Source: a virus
Virus record (IMG/VR): IMGVR_UViG_3300005817_000001
Length of the DNA stretch: 43,830 nt
Direction: 5' to 3' (one strand)
Shown: piece after piece, positions 36,058-43,806 of the stretch
Layout: every line of letters starts with the position of its first letter
How positions within the stretch are numbered: position 1 is the first letter of the stretch
Notes under the pieces: generated by a model
The model's database searches: none
What the model was told of the DNA's origin: nothing
What the model saw: the letters and a program-made list of their open reading frames with translations, nothing else
Made by a program: the position numbers and the translations under genes

Positions 36058-36810
36058 TTACTTGTCTAGGTACTCGTCCCAATTGATTTCAGACGCCCTA
36101 GCCTGTTGAGTTTGTTGTTTCTTGTCCACGTCCAACTCACCACTGAAGCTCTTCATGATGGTCCATACTTCTGCTTCAATCTCAGCAGGAGACGCTTCTG
36201 GATATTGGCGGCTAAGACGTTTAGCCGTATCAATAACCATATTCTTCGCTACAGGGTGCAGATCTTTTACGGAAGGTAGTTGAGACGTGAGGACTTGTTC
36301 GCGCACGGATTGCTGGGTAGCAGTCTGTTGATAGGCAGTGCTATCTTTAACATACTTATCTACCAATGCCGAATTGTGCTGGATGCCCATCTGCCAACTA
36401 TTACGCATTACGCTTGTTAGCAGCTCAGGTAGAGCAGACAAATCGCCTTGTTGCATTCCGTCTTGTAGACGCTGCATAGCGTCCTGGGGGATTAGTTTAC
36501 CGAAGTCTATTTTACTAGCTGCTTCGGAAAGAGCTTCAGGGGAGATATTAAGCGAGGGAGCCTGACCAAGGTCAGTGTTCGTATTTTGCTGCAAAATCCC
36601 CAGCGCGTCAAGAGGGTTGAAATCTTTAGTAGGATTAGCAGCTCCAGTAGGATTAGGAATATTCTGATTGTTGCCTTCCGGCTGATTAGTCGGAACTTGT
36701 ACATGCGGCGAACCAGTAGGGTTAGCTACGTTAGTAGTGGTTGGCGCAGTAGGCTGGGTAGCTGGGGCAGCAGAGGCTTGCTTAGCGAAAAGACCTTGGA
36801 GGAAGCTCAT
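36058..36810 (-). CDS. Scaffolding protein (250 aa)
   Basis: Located between portal and capsid; the N-terminal half is P/Q/N/T-rich and the C-terminal half helical; ATGA coupling to the upstream gene. Confidence 0.6.
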   Translation of the reverse strand: MSFLQGLFAKQASAAPATQPTAPTTTNVANPTGSPHVQVPTNQPEGNNQNIPNPTGAANPTKDFNPLDALGILQQNTNTDLGQAPSLNISPEALSEAASKIDFGKLIPQDAMQRLQDGMQQGDLSALPELLTSVMRNSWQMGIQHNSALVDKYVKDSTAYQQTATQQSVREQVLTSQLPSVKDLHPVAKNMVIDTAKRLSRQYPEASPAEIEAEVWTIMKSFSGELDVDKKQQTQQARASEINWDEYLDK

Positions 36811-37130
36811 TGGATATTACCTTCTGTAGTGAGTTGGGTCAGGGTATTACGAATCTCTACGATATTAGTTGCTAGGCCATATAGGTGATCGTAGGCTCGT
36901 ATTTGGCTTTGGCATTGCACTAGAAACGCGCGGGCTACTTCTGGGGATTGCCCCATAGAATGAGCATTAACTAGCTCAGAGGTTACATAATCTATCTGGC
37001 TCTTGATATACTCCACGATAATAGGGTTGGCCACTAGAGCTTCAGCTACTTCTAGCTGCTTACTATAGTGTGCAATATCTGCTGGTAAGGAGGGTTCTGC
37101 TGGTTTATGGAAGTACGAGAGCTTGTCCAT
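36807..37130 (-). CDS. hypothetical helical protein (107 aa) in the head module
   Basis: ORF coupled to the scaffold gene. Confidence 0.6.
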   Translation of the reverse strand: MDKLSYFHKPAEPSLPADIAHYSKQLEVAEALVANPIIVEYIKSQIDYVTSELVNAHSMGQSPEVARAFLVQCQSQIRAYDHLYGLATNIVEIRNTLTQLTTEGNIQ

Positions 37131-37160
37131 TGTGGAGTTCCGTTACGATGTAGTTTCTAT

Positions 37161-37281
37161 TCCCCTTATACACGGGGACCCCTGCAGGATAAAGAGATAG
37201 CTACGCACCAGCCCCCGGTTGCAGGCAACCTAAGCGGCTTGCTGCTGAACGCTACTCTTCCCTGCTCCCCGTATAAAGGGA
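37161..37281 (-). promoter_or_regulatory. Highly structured 121-nt intercistronic spacer (long-range 16-bp helix plus inner helices); RNase III-type processing site or leader candidate
   Basis: On the - strand, TCCCTTTATACGGGGA (37281-37266) pairs with TCCCCGTGTATAAGGGGA (37178-37161). Inner pairings are CAGG/CCTG, AAGAG/CTCTT and GCAGCAA/TTGCCTGC. No ORF lies in the 179-nt gap. Confidence 0.5.
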
Positions 37282-37309
37282 CGTTACACTGAATATCAAC
37301 GAATCTTCA

Positions 37310-37888
37310 CTAACCTAACTTACTAGCCTTAGGAATAAGGAAAATATCCTCGATGATTCCCAGTACCTCTCTCGCGCCTTTTTGTATTTTACCCTTGCTA
37401 AGCCCAATAATTGAATCTCCTTGGACAAAGGGCAGAGGCTTTTCACTGATGTGGGCACTAGCTTCATCAGTAGTGGGCCGAACCCAATTACAGCGGAGGT
37501 GGATAATATGGCCACCCATACGCCTAATCCAATCTGCTTCATTAGGGAAGCGTACATCAGAATAGAAAACGGGCTTACTGGTCTGGCTTAGCCGCGCCTC
37601 TTGTATTAGAGTCCAGAGACTATTATGAATCATGCAGCGCCCGAACTCAGTACCCAGCTTCTGTAGAAAGTCCCGTCTAGTACCAAGCTCAGGATTACCT
37701 AGAAGCCATTCATTCTTCTCTGCATGAGACATACTAGGATGGAAGGCAGGATCAACCTCCTTAGCCATAGCATATAGCGGATCAGCGAACTTCATTACGG
37801 TGCCGCTCATTGCCTCAGCAGTTGCGTGCGCCATTGTATCTTTACCACTGCCTATTGGACCTGCAAACCCTACTAGAATGCGATTCAT
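37310..37888 (-). CDS. Deoxynucleoside monophosphate kinase (T5-type dNMP kinase family)
   Basis: P-loop GPIGSGKDT; LQKLGTEFGR; SDVRFPNEADWIR. Confidence 0.8.
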   Translation of the reverse strand: MNRILVGFAGPIGSGKDTMAHATAEAMSGTVMKFADPLYAMAKEVDPAFHPSMSHAEKNEWLLGNPELGTRRDFLQKLGTEFGRCMIHNSLWTLIQEARLSQTSKPVFYSDVRFPNEADWIRRMGGHIIHLRCNWVRPTTDEASAHISEKPLPFVQGDSIIGLSKGKIQKGAREVLGIIEDIFLIPKASKLG

Positions 37889-37903
37889 TCCCCGCCCCTT
37901 ACC

Positions 37904-39832
37904 TTACTGTTGTGTTGGTTCTTGTGTAGGTGCTCCACCTAATTGCTGCTGCAGTTGCTGCATTAGTTGCATCATTTGCATTTGTACATTGGCAGCCTTC
38001 TCATGCTCCTTAATAGCTACATCTGCATACTGATCGAATCCTCGTAGGCCGCCAAGAGAAGCCAGATGCGCTACCATAGCTGGAAGCTGTTGACCGAAAG
38101 CTTGCTGTAGGAATGGGCTAGTACCAATGAGGTTAATTACACCCATTAGCATTTCCGTAGAGGCCATCTTACTCTTAGGAGTGTAGCCATCTGCTACTTC
38201 GAATTGCATATTAGTAGCCATCAATTCTTCAATGGATACTTCCAGGCTCTTCTTAGTACGAGGTGCGATGATGGTGGTATCGGTTCCAAACATGAGGATG
38301 TTTAGTTTGAACTGTTCTTTCAGGGGAGTCAATGCCCTTCGATCAATTACTAGTGCGCTTAGGCGTGCGCGATTATCACTGTTGCCCATTACAGTTTGGA
38401 ACTCTCCTAGGGTCTTATTACCCTTTTGGAATTGTCCACGTCCTGGAGCATTTACACCAGTGAGGTCATTCTGCCAGCTAGTAATCAGCAAAGCATCCTG
38501 TAGTAGGCCCTCAGTACCACGGTTATCAAATGGAATCTGCTGATAGGCGTTGGCAAATGGGTTATCTAGTAGGGCGTTGGCGCGTACTGGAATCTTAGCA
38601 GAAGGATCAGGATTCATCATATCACTAGGACGAATCATATCCGGGTTATAGAGTGCTCGATCTGCAATAGCTCGCTTAGCAGAAGAGAAGCGCGCATTGA
38701 ATAGGCGAGTAGTAGCATCTTGAATGGGCATAGTCATCTCAGCATAAGACTGAGTTTGCAATTCCATGCCATCTTCTAGTGCAGGAGTAAGTACTACAGG
38801 GAAGCGATCTTGTGCAGTATTCAACTTCTCGGCACTGATAAGTACTTGCCCATTTACTACAGTGAGCTTCCAGATTTGAGGGCTAGTTTTAGCCGGCACG
38901 TTGATATTGTAATCTACTGGAATTATGCGAGCGTAGATAGTAGAGACTGCGTACTTACCAGTGGAGTTGCGCGGCACTCTACGGGTAGCATTCTCATCAG
39001 TATAGCCAGCCCAAGTATCCCAGTTGATTTCTTTTTCCCGATTAGTAGTATACTCACTAATTACTGGGTCATCTTGCAGTAGTTCGGTAGCCATTGCAGA
39101 CTCGAGAGCTGCTTTAACTACAGTAGTATGGACTAGTTTCTTCTCATTGCTGAGGATATTGAGCAGGCGCTTGAGCTTTACTCGATTGTAGAGTTCCGTA
39201 TAGCCTACGTATTCCCCATCTTCTGATACTTTGGAGGGGGCGCAGGACTCATCCCAGAATGTATTACGCAGATTGAGGCGTTTAAGGCGGTTAACGTGCT
39301 TAATATCTACCTTAATATTGCGATCAGTAGAGAAGTCTGCCAGATCTTGGGAAGGGTTGTAAGTAGGAATGGGTGCCCATGCACACTCAATAGCAGCTAG
39401 GTTGTATTTACCTAGGTCATTGAAGGCCATTTGTAGTTCAGCATCCCCTGCAGTAAGGGTAATGTGATCCTGAATAATGCCTTCTAATGCTTCTGCTTGG
39501 TCCTTATTTGAAGGATCTGATACTACAGGGAAGATGGGATAGCCTGAGAGGAATACTTCTACCCAGTAGGCTACCATACTCTGTACGTTAGAGATTACAA
39601 TAGGGTTTACTACTGGGCGCACGGAAGTATCGCACTTAACCTTGCCGTAAGTATCAATACCTTTCTTATCTCCAGATACTACTGCCTGCTCATAGCGTGC
39701 ATAAGCCAGGTCAATAGCATCCATCTTACTACGGAAAGTAGTATTGCCCTGATGATACTGCAGGATTAATTTAAAGTGGGCTAGTAGCCTAGCCTGTGAA
39801 TCTTGTGTTAAGACTACCATTGGTTCAGCCAT
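37904..39832 (-). CDS. Portal (head-tail connector) protein, 642 aa
   Basis: Immediately downstream of the large terminase; size fits; Q-rich C-terminal tail; GGAG RBS. Confidence 0.8.
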   Translation of the reverse strand: MAEPMVVLTQDSQARLLAHFKLILQYHQGNTTFRSKMDAIDLAYARYEQAVVSGDKKGIDTYGKVKCDTSVRPVVNPIVISNVQSMVAYWVEVFLSGYPIFPVVSDPSNKDQAEALEGIIQDHITLTAGDAELQMAFNDLGKYNLAAIECAWAPIPTYNPSQDLADFSTDRNIKVDIKHVNRLKRLNLRNTFWDESCAPSKVSEDGEYVGYTELYNRVKLKRLLNILSNEKKLVHTTVVKAALESAMATELLQDDPVISEYTTNREKEINWDTWAGYTDENATRRVPRNSTGKYAVSTIYARIIPVDYNINVPAKTSPQIWKLTVVNGQVLISAEKLNTAQDRFPVVLTPALEDGMELQTQSYAEMTMPIQDATTRLFNARFSSAKRAIADRALYNPDMIRPSDMMNPDPSAKIPVRANALLDNPFANAYQQIPFDNRGTEGLLQDALLITSWQNDLTGVNAPGRGQFQKGNKTLGEFQTVMGNSDNRARLSALVIDRRALTPLKEQFKLNILMFGTDTTIIAPRTKKSLEVSIEELMATNMQFEVADGYTPKSKMASTEMLMGVINLIGTSPFLQQAFGQQLPAMVAHLASLGGLRGFDQYADVAIKEHEKAANVQMQMMQLMQQLQQQLGGAPTQEPTQQ

Positions 39833-39834
39833 TG

Positions 39835-41388
39835 TTATACTCCAATATCCACAGATTCCATGGGAGGAAGTGAAGCTAGGTTATTAGCTATTTGAGTAGG
39901 AGGAGCTAGAGCAGCCCCGTATTCTGTCATGACTTGCCTAGAGTAAGCGGGGGCATCTAGGTAGTCATCCCTATTGTCAGTCTTGTCTATCTTGTACATT
40001 GATGCGTAGTAGGAGAACAAGGCTCTAGGCCCTGCAGTCATACCAGCATCCCCACTCATTAACTCTGTAATATAATTCCTAATGCGAGAGAGCTTGGTTT
40101 TATTGTTAGTTTTGAGTTCAACTACTTTGATATGAGTGAGGCCTTTGGCTATTAGGAACTGCTCTACCCAGAACTTAAGGGACTGCTGATAGCCAGTTGA
40201 TTCAATACCTATAACAGATACGCCCCATTCTAGAGCCATCTCTAGGATATTGATTACAGTCTCTTTGGGATTCCACACGCCGCCCTTTAGCTCAATGCAG
40301 ACTGGAGTTCCAGCGTATACTGCATGTAGGGCAATTACGTTGTCATCCGAAGACTTACGGAAGCCTGCAGGGTCTACTGTTAAGAAGTAGGCGTCTGCTT
40401 GAATCTCTGCTGCTTCCTTATCCCACTTAGTAGGAATCGGTGCCGCTAGTAATCGGTAACGTGCGTCCAGTGGATCATTCTGTACTTCCGCAAACCAAAT
40501 GTGACCTTTGCCCATCTTCTCATCGTGCTTATATTCTTCAATGAGAGAGGATACTGGCTGCAGTTCTGGCCATAGGCTTTCTCCATCAGTGAGGATAGCG
40601 CCAGTAATCATAGATACCCAAGATGGGTTATCCCGTAGAACTTTGAGTAGGCAATCCCCTGGATACATGTTACCTAGGAAGATGACCCTTCTATTATTAC
40701 CTCGCTTACTCATACACTTTAGTAGTGTACCAGTGAACCATTCAATTAGTGCATCATTCTGAATCTCGCTTAACGCAGATTCCCTAGTTTGAATATCATC
40801 GCAGATTAGTAGGTTAGGCCGCTTATGGTGGATGTTAATACCACGGACTGATGCGCCAGCCCCTTTGGGTACTAGTACAATGCGCTTGCCTTCTAACCAG
40901 CCTATCTTCATCTTAGAGTTGTCGATGTCCTTAGTAGCTGACCATCTACCATACAACTCTTCAGGCTTAGGCCCTGATAGCATTTCATCTAGGTCATTTA
41001 GGAAGTTCTGAGCCAGGCCATCTGTAGCGCATACAATTAGGATGAAGTCATTATAGCCGTGATGGATAAGCCAGCAGGTAATGATCTTACAGAATGTAGT
41101 CTTTACGAAGCCACGGGGAAGCCCTAGTGCAAAACGCAGTAGATGATATGGATCATCATCAGTACCAGTGAGAAGCCCGAATAAGTCTCTCGCATAGAAT
41201 GGAGGGAATGCCGTCTCCATAATATCCGGCCCAAGCAAAAGTCCCGCATAGAAATTAAAATCTACCCTACATCTAGCCTTTACTGACTCCACTGATGCAG
41301 AGAAAGCAACTTCTTCAGCTATAGCAGTAGACTTAATCTCTTTGCGGGACTCTATGAAGTCCTTAACGGACGTGTATGTACCTTCCAT
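39835..41388 (-). CDS. Terminase large subunit
   Basis: Walker A-like LPRGFVKTT; Walker B LLICDDIQT; C-terminal nuclease-sized domain; 517 aa, directly upstream of the portal. Confidence 0.85.
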   Translation of the reverse strand: MEGTYTSVKDFIESRKEIKSTAIAEEVAFSASVESVKARCRVDFNFYAGLLLGPDIMETAFPPFYARDLFGLLTGTDDDPYHLLRFALGLPRGFVKTTFCKIITCWLIHHGYNDFILIVCATDGLAQNFLNDLDEMLSGPKPEELYGRWSATKDIDNSKMKIGWLEGKRIVLVPKGAGASVRGINIHHKRPNLLICDDIQTRESALSEIQNDALIEWFTGTLLKCMSKRGNNRRVIFLGNMYPGDCLLKVLRDNPSWVSMITGAILTDGESLWPELQPVSSLIEEYKHDEKMGKGHIWFAEVQNDPLDARYRLLAAPIPTKWDKEAAEIQADAYFLTVDPAGFRKSSDDNVIALHAVYAGTPVCIELKGGVWNPKETVINILEMALEWGVSVIGIESTGYQQSLKFWVEQFLIAKGLTHIKVVELKTNNKTKLSRIRNYITELMSGDAGMTAGPRALFSYYASMYKIDKTDNRDDYLDAPAYSRQVMTEYGAALAPPTQIANNLASLPPMESVDIGV

Positions 41389-41475
41389 TATGCGGCCTTT
41401 TTCTTACCAAAGGAAGGGATTAATGCAGCCTGTAGTAAACCACCCTTCAACAAGTTGATGGTAGAGGACAGTTGT

Positions 41476-42063
41476 TTAGAGGCTGTCAATTGCTTGGGCG
41501 ATAAAGTCTTGTTCATAGCTTTCTCCGTTTATGACATCTAGGGAATCCCCATCAATAATTTTCTGTAGTGTAGCAGTTGGCATTGGGGCAATACTACGAC
41601 TGCCTATTTGTACAATTTCCCTATTAGGGCCGAATGTAATATCCGGTGCAGCTACTTGTGGAATAGAGATCTCAATCATTCTCATACTTCCACCAGTTTG
41701 TTTGAGATCTTTAATAGCATTGTTAACTAGTGAAGTCTTACGCAGTGAGTCGTTGCGTGCGCCTATTTCCCTTAGGGCGACAATAGCAGTTCTATCTTCC
41801 ATTAAGTCTAGGCGTGAGATAATGTGGTCTACTATTTTGTGCTCTGCGCCTAGTAGCTTATCAGTGTAAGTAGTGATCTCATTCTCTGAGGAGGATTCCT
41901 CTTCTGCTATTTCCGCGCGCAATTCTTGTACATGTAGTTTGAAGTCTGGATCAGCATATAGTTGAGATACATAGGAAGGGGATACTGCTGTAATACTAGC
42001 TACCATACTGGGTGGGAGACCAGTGGCTAGTAGATGTGCAATGCGGTCGATCTTGCTGGCCAT
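41476..42063 (-). CDS. Terminase small subunit candidate (195 aa)
   Basis: First gene of the late arm, directly upstream of the large terminase; the N-terminal region is helix-turn-helix-like; CAGGAGG RBS. Confidence 0.5.
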   Translation of the reverse strand: MASKIDRIAHLLATGLPPSMVASITAVSPSYVSQLYADPDFKLHVQELRAEIAEEESSSENEITTYTDKLLGAEHKIVDHIISRLDLMEDRTAIVALREIGARNDSLRKTSLVNNAIKDLKQTGGSMRMIEISIPQVAAPDITFGPNREIVQIGSRSIAPMPTATLQKIIDGDSLDVINGESYEQDFIAQAIDSL

Positions 42064-42100
42064 TGGCTGCCTCCTGAAAAAGTGGTTGACCTTGAGGGAT

Positions 42101-42129
42101 ATTGTAGGGTATGGGCGCCGGGATGTCTA
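42101..42129 (-). promoter_or_regulatory. sigma70-type promoter for the leftward (late/structural) arm
   Basis: - strand reads TAGACA, 17 nt, TACAAT, ~30 nt upstream of the small terminase RBS. Confidence 0.55.
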
Positions 42130-42211
42130 GGGAGAATGCCTCCTTATTAGGCGCGCGCACGCATGGACCATGTTCATTATTCTAAATCACCGAAGGTGGG
42201 ATGGCCCACGT

Positions 42212-42240
42212 TAGTTATTCTATTTAAGGATTGGTATAAT
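42212..42240 (+). promoter_or_regulatory. Rightward promoter with an extended -10 (TGgTATAAT)
   Basis: TATAAT at 42235-42240 is preceded by TGg. The -35 (TAGTTA) is weak. Confidence 0.5.
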
Positions 42241-42258
42241 AAGGCATTTGTAGAAAAG

Positions 42259-42288
42259 TTTAGAAAATTTTTTGGTTTGGTATATAAT
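42259..42288 (+). promoter_or_regulatory. Second tandem rightward promoter (TTTAGA ... TGgTATATAAT) with an A/T-rich upstream direct repeat
   Basis: TATATA/TATAAT at 42281-42288 is preceded by TGg. The upstream direct repeat is TAGAAAAgttTAGAAAAttt. Confidence 0.45.
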
Positions 42289-42494
42289 AAAAGGCGCGCT
42301 GGTGGGTGGAAAAGGCCCCCTACTCCCCTAGCCAATCTAGTCAGACTTGTTACGTTATAGCATAACACTTTCCCATTGATCGCTCCCAGGTAGACTGACT
42401 AGGTAGAGGATTAGATGAAAATAGTAGTTGCACACTAGGTTTAGGTGTGAGATATTACCCACCTCGGAACAATAAACTAAAGAGGTACTGGAAG

Positions 42495-42638
42495 ATGGAC
42501 ACATTAATCAGCGAAGTGGTGAAGGCCAATAAATTGCGTGCACGTCAGCAGGCAGTAATGAACAATAGCAAGCTGAGCTATAAAATGCGCTTAGCTGCTA
42601 TCATCACAATGGATACTCGCAAAGGAGTGAACTACTAA
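42495..42638 (+). CDS. small basic protein (47 aa)
   Basis: ATG at 42495, 9 nt after AAGAGG. The track start at 42447 is a GTG with no RBS. Confidence 0.5.
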   Translation: MDTLISEVVKANKLRARQQAVMNNSKLSYKMRLAAIITMDTRKGVNY

Positions 42639-42784
42639 TGCCTAAGGTAACTATGCGCCGGGTCGGCTCGCCTACTATTATCAAGCAATACTATACTGTT
42701 AATGTAGGACCAGCTATGGAACTGGGTTTCCGGCCTATCGTGTTTAATTGGAACGGGGCGCCATTCTGCCAGATTGAATGGTAA
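42638..42784 (+). CDS. small protein (48 aa), below the ORF-track cut-off
   Basis: TAATG coupling to the previous gene, with AAAGGAG 8 nt upstream. MPKVTMRRVGSPTIIKQYYTVNVGPAMELGFRPIVFNWNGAPFCQIEW. A faint AbrB/SpoVT-like R-x-V-G-x-P pattern is noted but not relied on. Confidence 0.45.
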   Translation: MPKVTMRRVGSPTIIKQYYTVNVGPAMELGFRPIVFNWNGAPFCQIEW

Positions 42785-42796
42785 GTCGCTTCCCTA

Positions 42797-42828
42797 GAGC
42801 ATACTAGATTGCACTGATTAGTATGCTC
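42797..42828 (+). promoter_or_regulatory. Perfect 10-bp stem / 12-nt loop hairpin without a U-tract (operator, processing or stability element)
   Basis: GAGCATACTA (42797-42806) ... TAGTATGCTC (42819-42828). Confidence 0.6.
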
Positions 42829-42841
42829 GCGGGGAGGTTGC

Positions 42842-42870
42842 TTGACTCTTGCCCATCGTGGGCAGATAAT
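42842..42870 (+). promoter_or_regulatory. Strong sigma70 promoter with a palindromic spacer
   Basis: TTGACT (42842-42847), 17 nt, GATAAT (42865-42870). The spacer contains TGCCCA-tcg-TGGGCA (42850-42864). Confidence 0.75.
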
Positions 42871-42930
42871 GGCGCCTCTTTCGGGATGAACCCGATTCTT
42901 TAGGCCACTCAACTGCAAAAGGTAAATATC

Positions 42931-43515
42931 ATGACTATGATCAAAATGGCGGTATCGAAGACTGTTAATGGCAAGCGCGAGGAAGTGGGCGTTCAGGAAT
43001 TGTTCGCTCCTACTCTGGCTGAAATCATTGCCGCAGTAACCAATGCTGAGCCGACTAGCCAGGACGAGAAGACTGGCGAACTGGTATACGAAGGGCGAGT
43101 AGAACAATTCCTTTATTCTGCTCTGATCGCACAAGTTAAGGCGAACGCGCGTAATAAATTCGTGCCGGGCACTACTGATCTGCGCCCAAGCGCTAAGCTG
43201 CCTGAGACTCTTGACGAGCTGGTCGCGCCGACTGTATCTAATAAAGGCCAAGCGCTGGCTGAGCGTCGCGCTCTCATGGATATGTTCAAGGAATACGCTG
43301 CTAGTCTGGCCAAGCCTGATGCTATCAAAGCTGCTCTGGTCATGTTGTTTGATAAGCCGGACAATCTGGTCCTGCAAGATGCTGATAAGCGCGCCAAAAT
43401 TAAGCCTTACTTCGAAGAGTTTGGTAATAGCGTGGCAGAGCGTCTGACCGATTGGCAGGCTAACTACATTGAGGCAGTCCTGAATCAGTGTGATGCTGAG
43501 GAGGTTAACTGGTAA
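42931..43515 (+). CDS. hypothetical, mildly acidic, apparently highly expressed protein (194 aa)
   Basis: Has its own consensus-like promoter and strong terminator; codon usage resembles the capsid and SSB-like genes. No motif recognised. Confidence 0.7.
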   Translation: MTMIKMAVSKTVNGKREEVGVQELFAPTLAEIIAAVTNAEPTSQDEKTGELVYEGRVEQFLYSALIAQVKANARNKFVPGTTDLRPSAKLPETLDELVAPTVSNKGQALAERRALMDMFKEYAASLAKPDAIKAALVMLFDKPDNLVLQDADKRAKIKPYFEEFGNSVAERLTDWQANYIEAVLNQCDAEEVNW

Positions 43516-43533
43516 CTTCCTAAGGAAGTAAAT

Positions 43534-43565
43534 AAAACCCCGGCCTAATAAGCTGGGGTTTTTTA
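43534..43565 (+). terminator. Rho-independent terminator
   Basis: AAAACCCC (43534-43541) ... GGGGTTTT (43555-43562) with a T6 run. Confidence 0.85.
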
Positions 43566-43597
43566 TTGCCTATTGGAAAGTAGAATAGATGGGGGAA

Positions 43598-43708
43598 TGA
43601 AGGGAGAATGAAGGGATTTTGAAGGCTGATGAAGGGTTTGAACCTAGGGATGAAGGGAGTCAGTAGAGATTTTGAAGAGATTTGAAGCGATTTGAAGAGA
43701 ATGAAGAG
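43598..43708 (+). repeat. Phased array of about ten TGAAGGG/TGAAGAG heptamers (right array, inverted relative to 153-252)
   Basis: Copies start at 43598, 43609, 43620, 43630, 43639, 43651, 43673, 43683, 43693 and 43702. Spacing is 9-12 nt (one of 22). There are only 6 C in 43591-43726. Confidence 0.85.
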
Positions 43709-43726
43709 ATTGGAAATTTTCAGTAG

Positions 43727-43739
43727 CCCCCCCCCCCCC
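43727..43739 (+). repeat. C13 homopolymer at the purine-rich to pyrimidine-rich switch point
   Basis: 13 consecutive C, followed by ATTAGCATACTAC, whose reverse complement recurs with a 3-nt insertion at 106-120. Confidence 0.9.
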
Positions 43740-43806
43740 ATTAGCATACTACATACCCAATACATACTATGGCATCCACATATACACTAGTCTATCTATC
43801 CATATA

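Noticed and set aside
37268-37299. Leftward promoter TTGATA with a TTATAC/TATACG -10 in the structured spacer
   Set aside because: No acceptable -10 exists at 16-18 nt spacing. The candidate -10 also overlaps the 5' arm of the long-range helix, which needs to be transcribed to form.
41389-41475. Mini-ORF (TTG/CTG start, ~27 aa, ending TAATG on the large terminase start) between the terminase genes
   Set aside because: No ATG, no RBS and too short to judge; treated as a non-coding spacer.
42086-42114. Rightward promoter TTGACC-17-GTATGG
   Set aside because: The -35 is good, but the -10 hexamer is poor and lacks the conserved final T. The extended -10 promoters downstream are more convincing.
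42163-42368. 65-aa (+) and 63-aa (-) ORFs in the divergent control region
   Set aside because: They are mutually overlapping ORFs in an A/T-rich promoter region, have no RBS, and contain the predicted promoters themselves.
43520-43765. 81-aa - strand ORF across the right heptamer array and the C13 tract
   Set aside because: Its low-complexity translation (GGGG, repeated FK/SL) is a by-product of the repeats. It has no RBS and spans a terminator.
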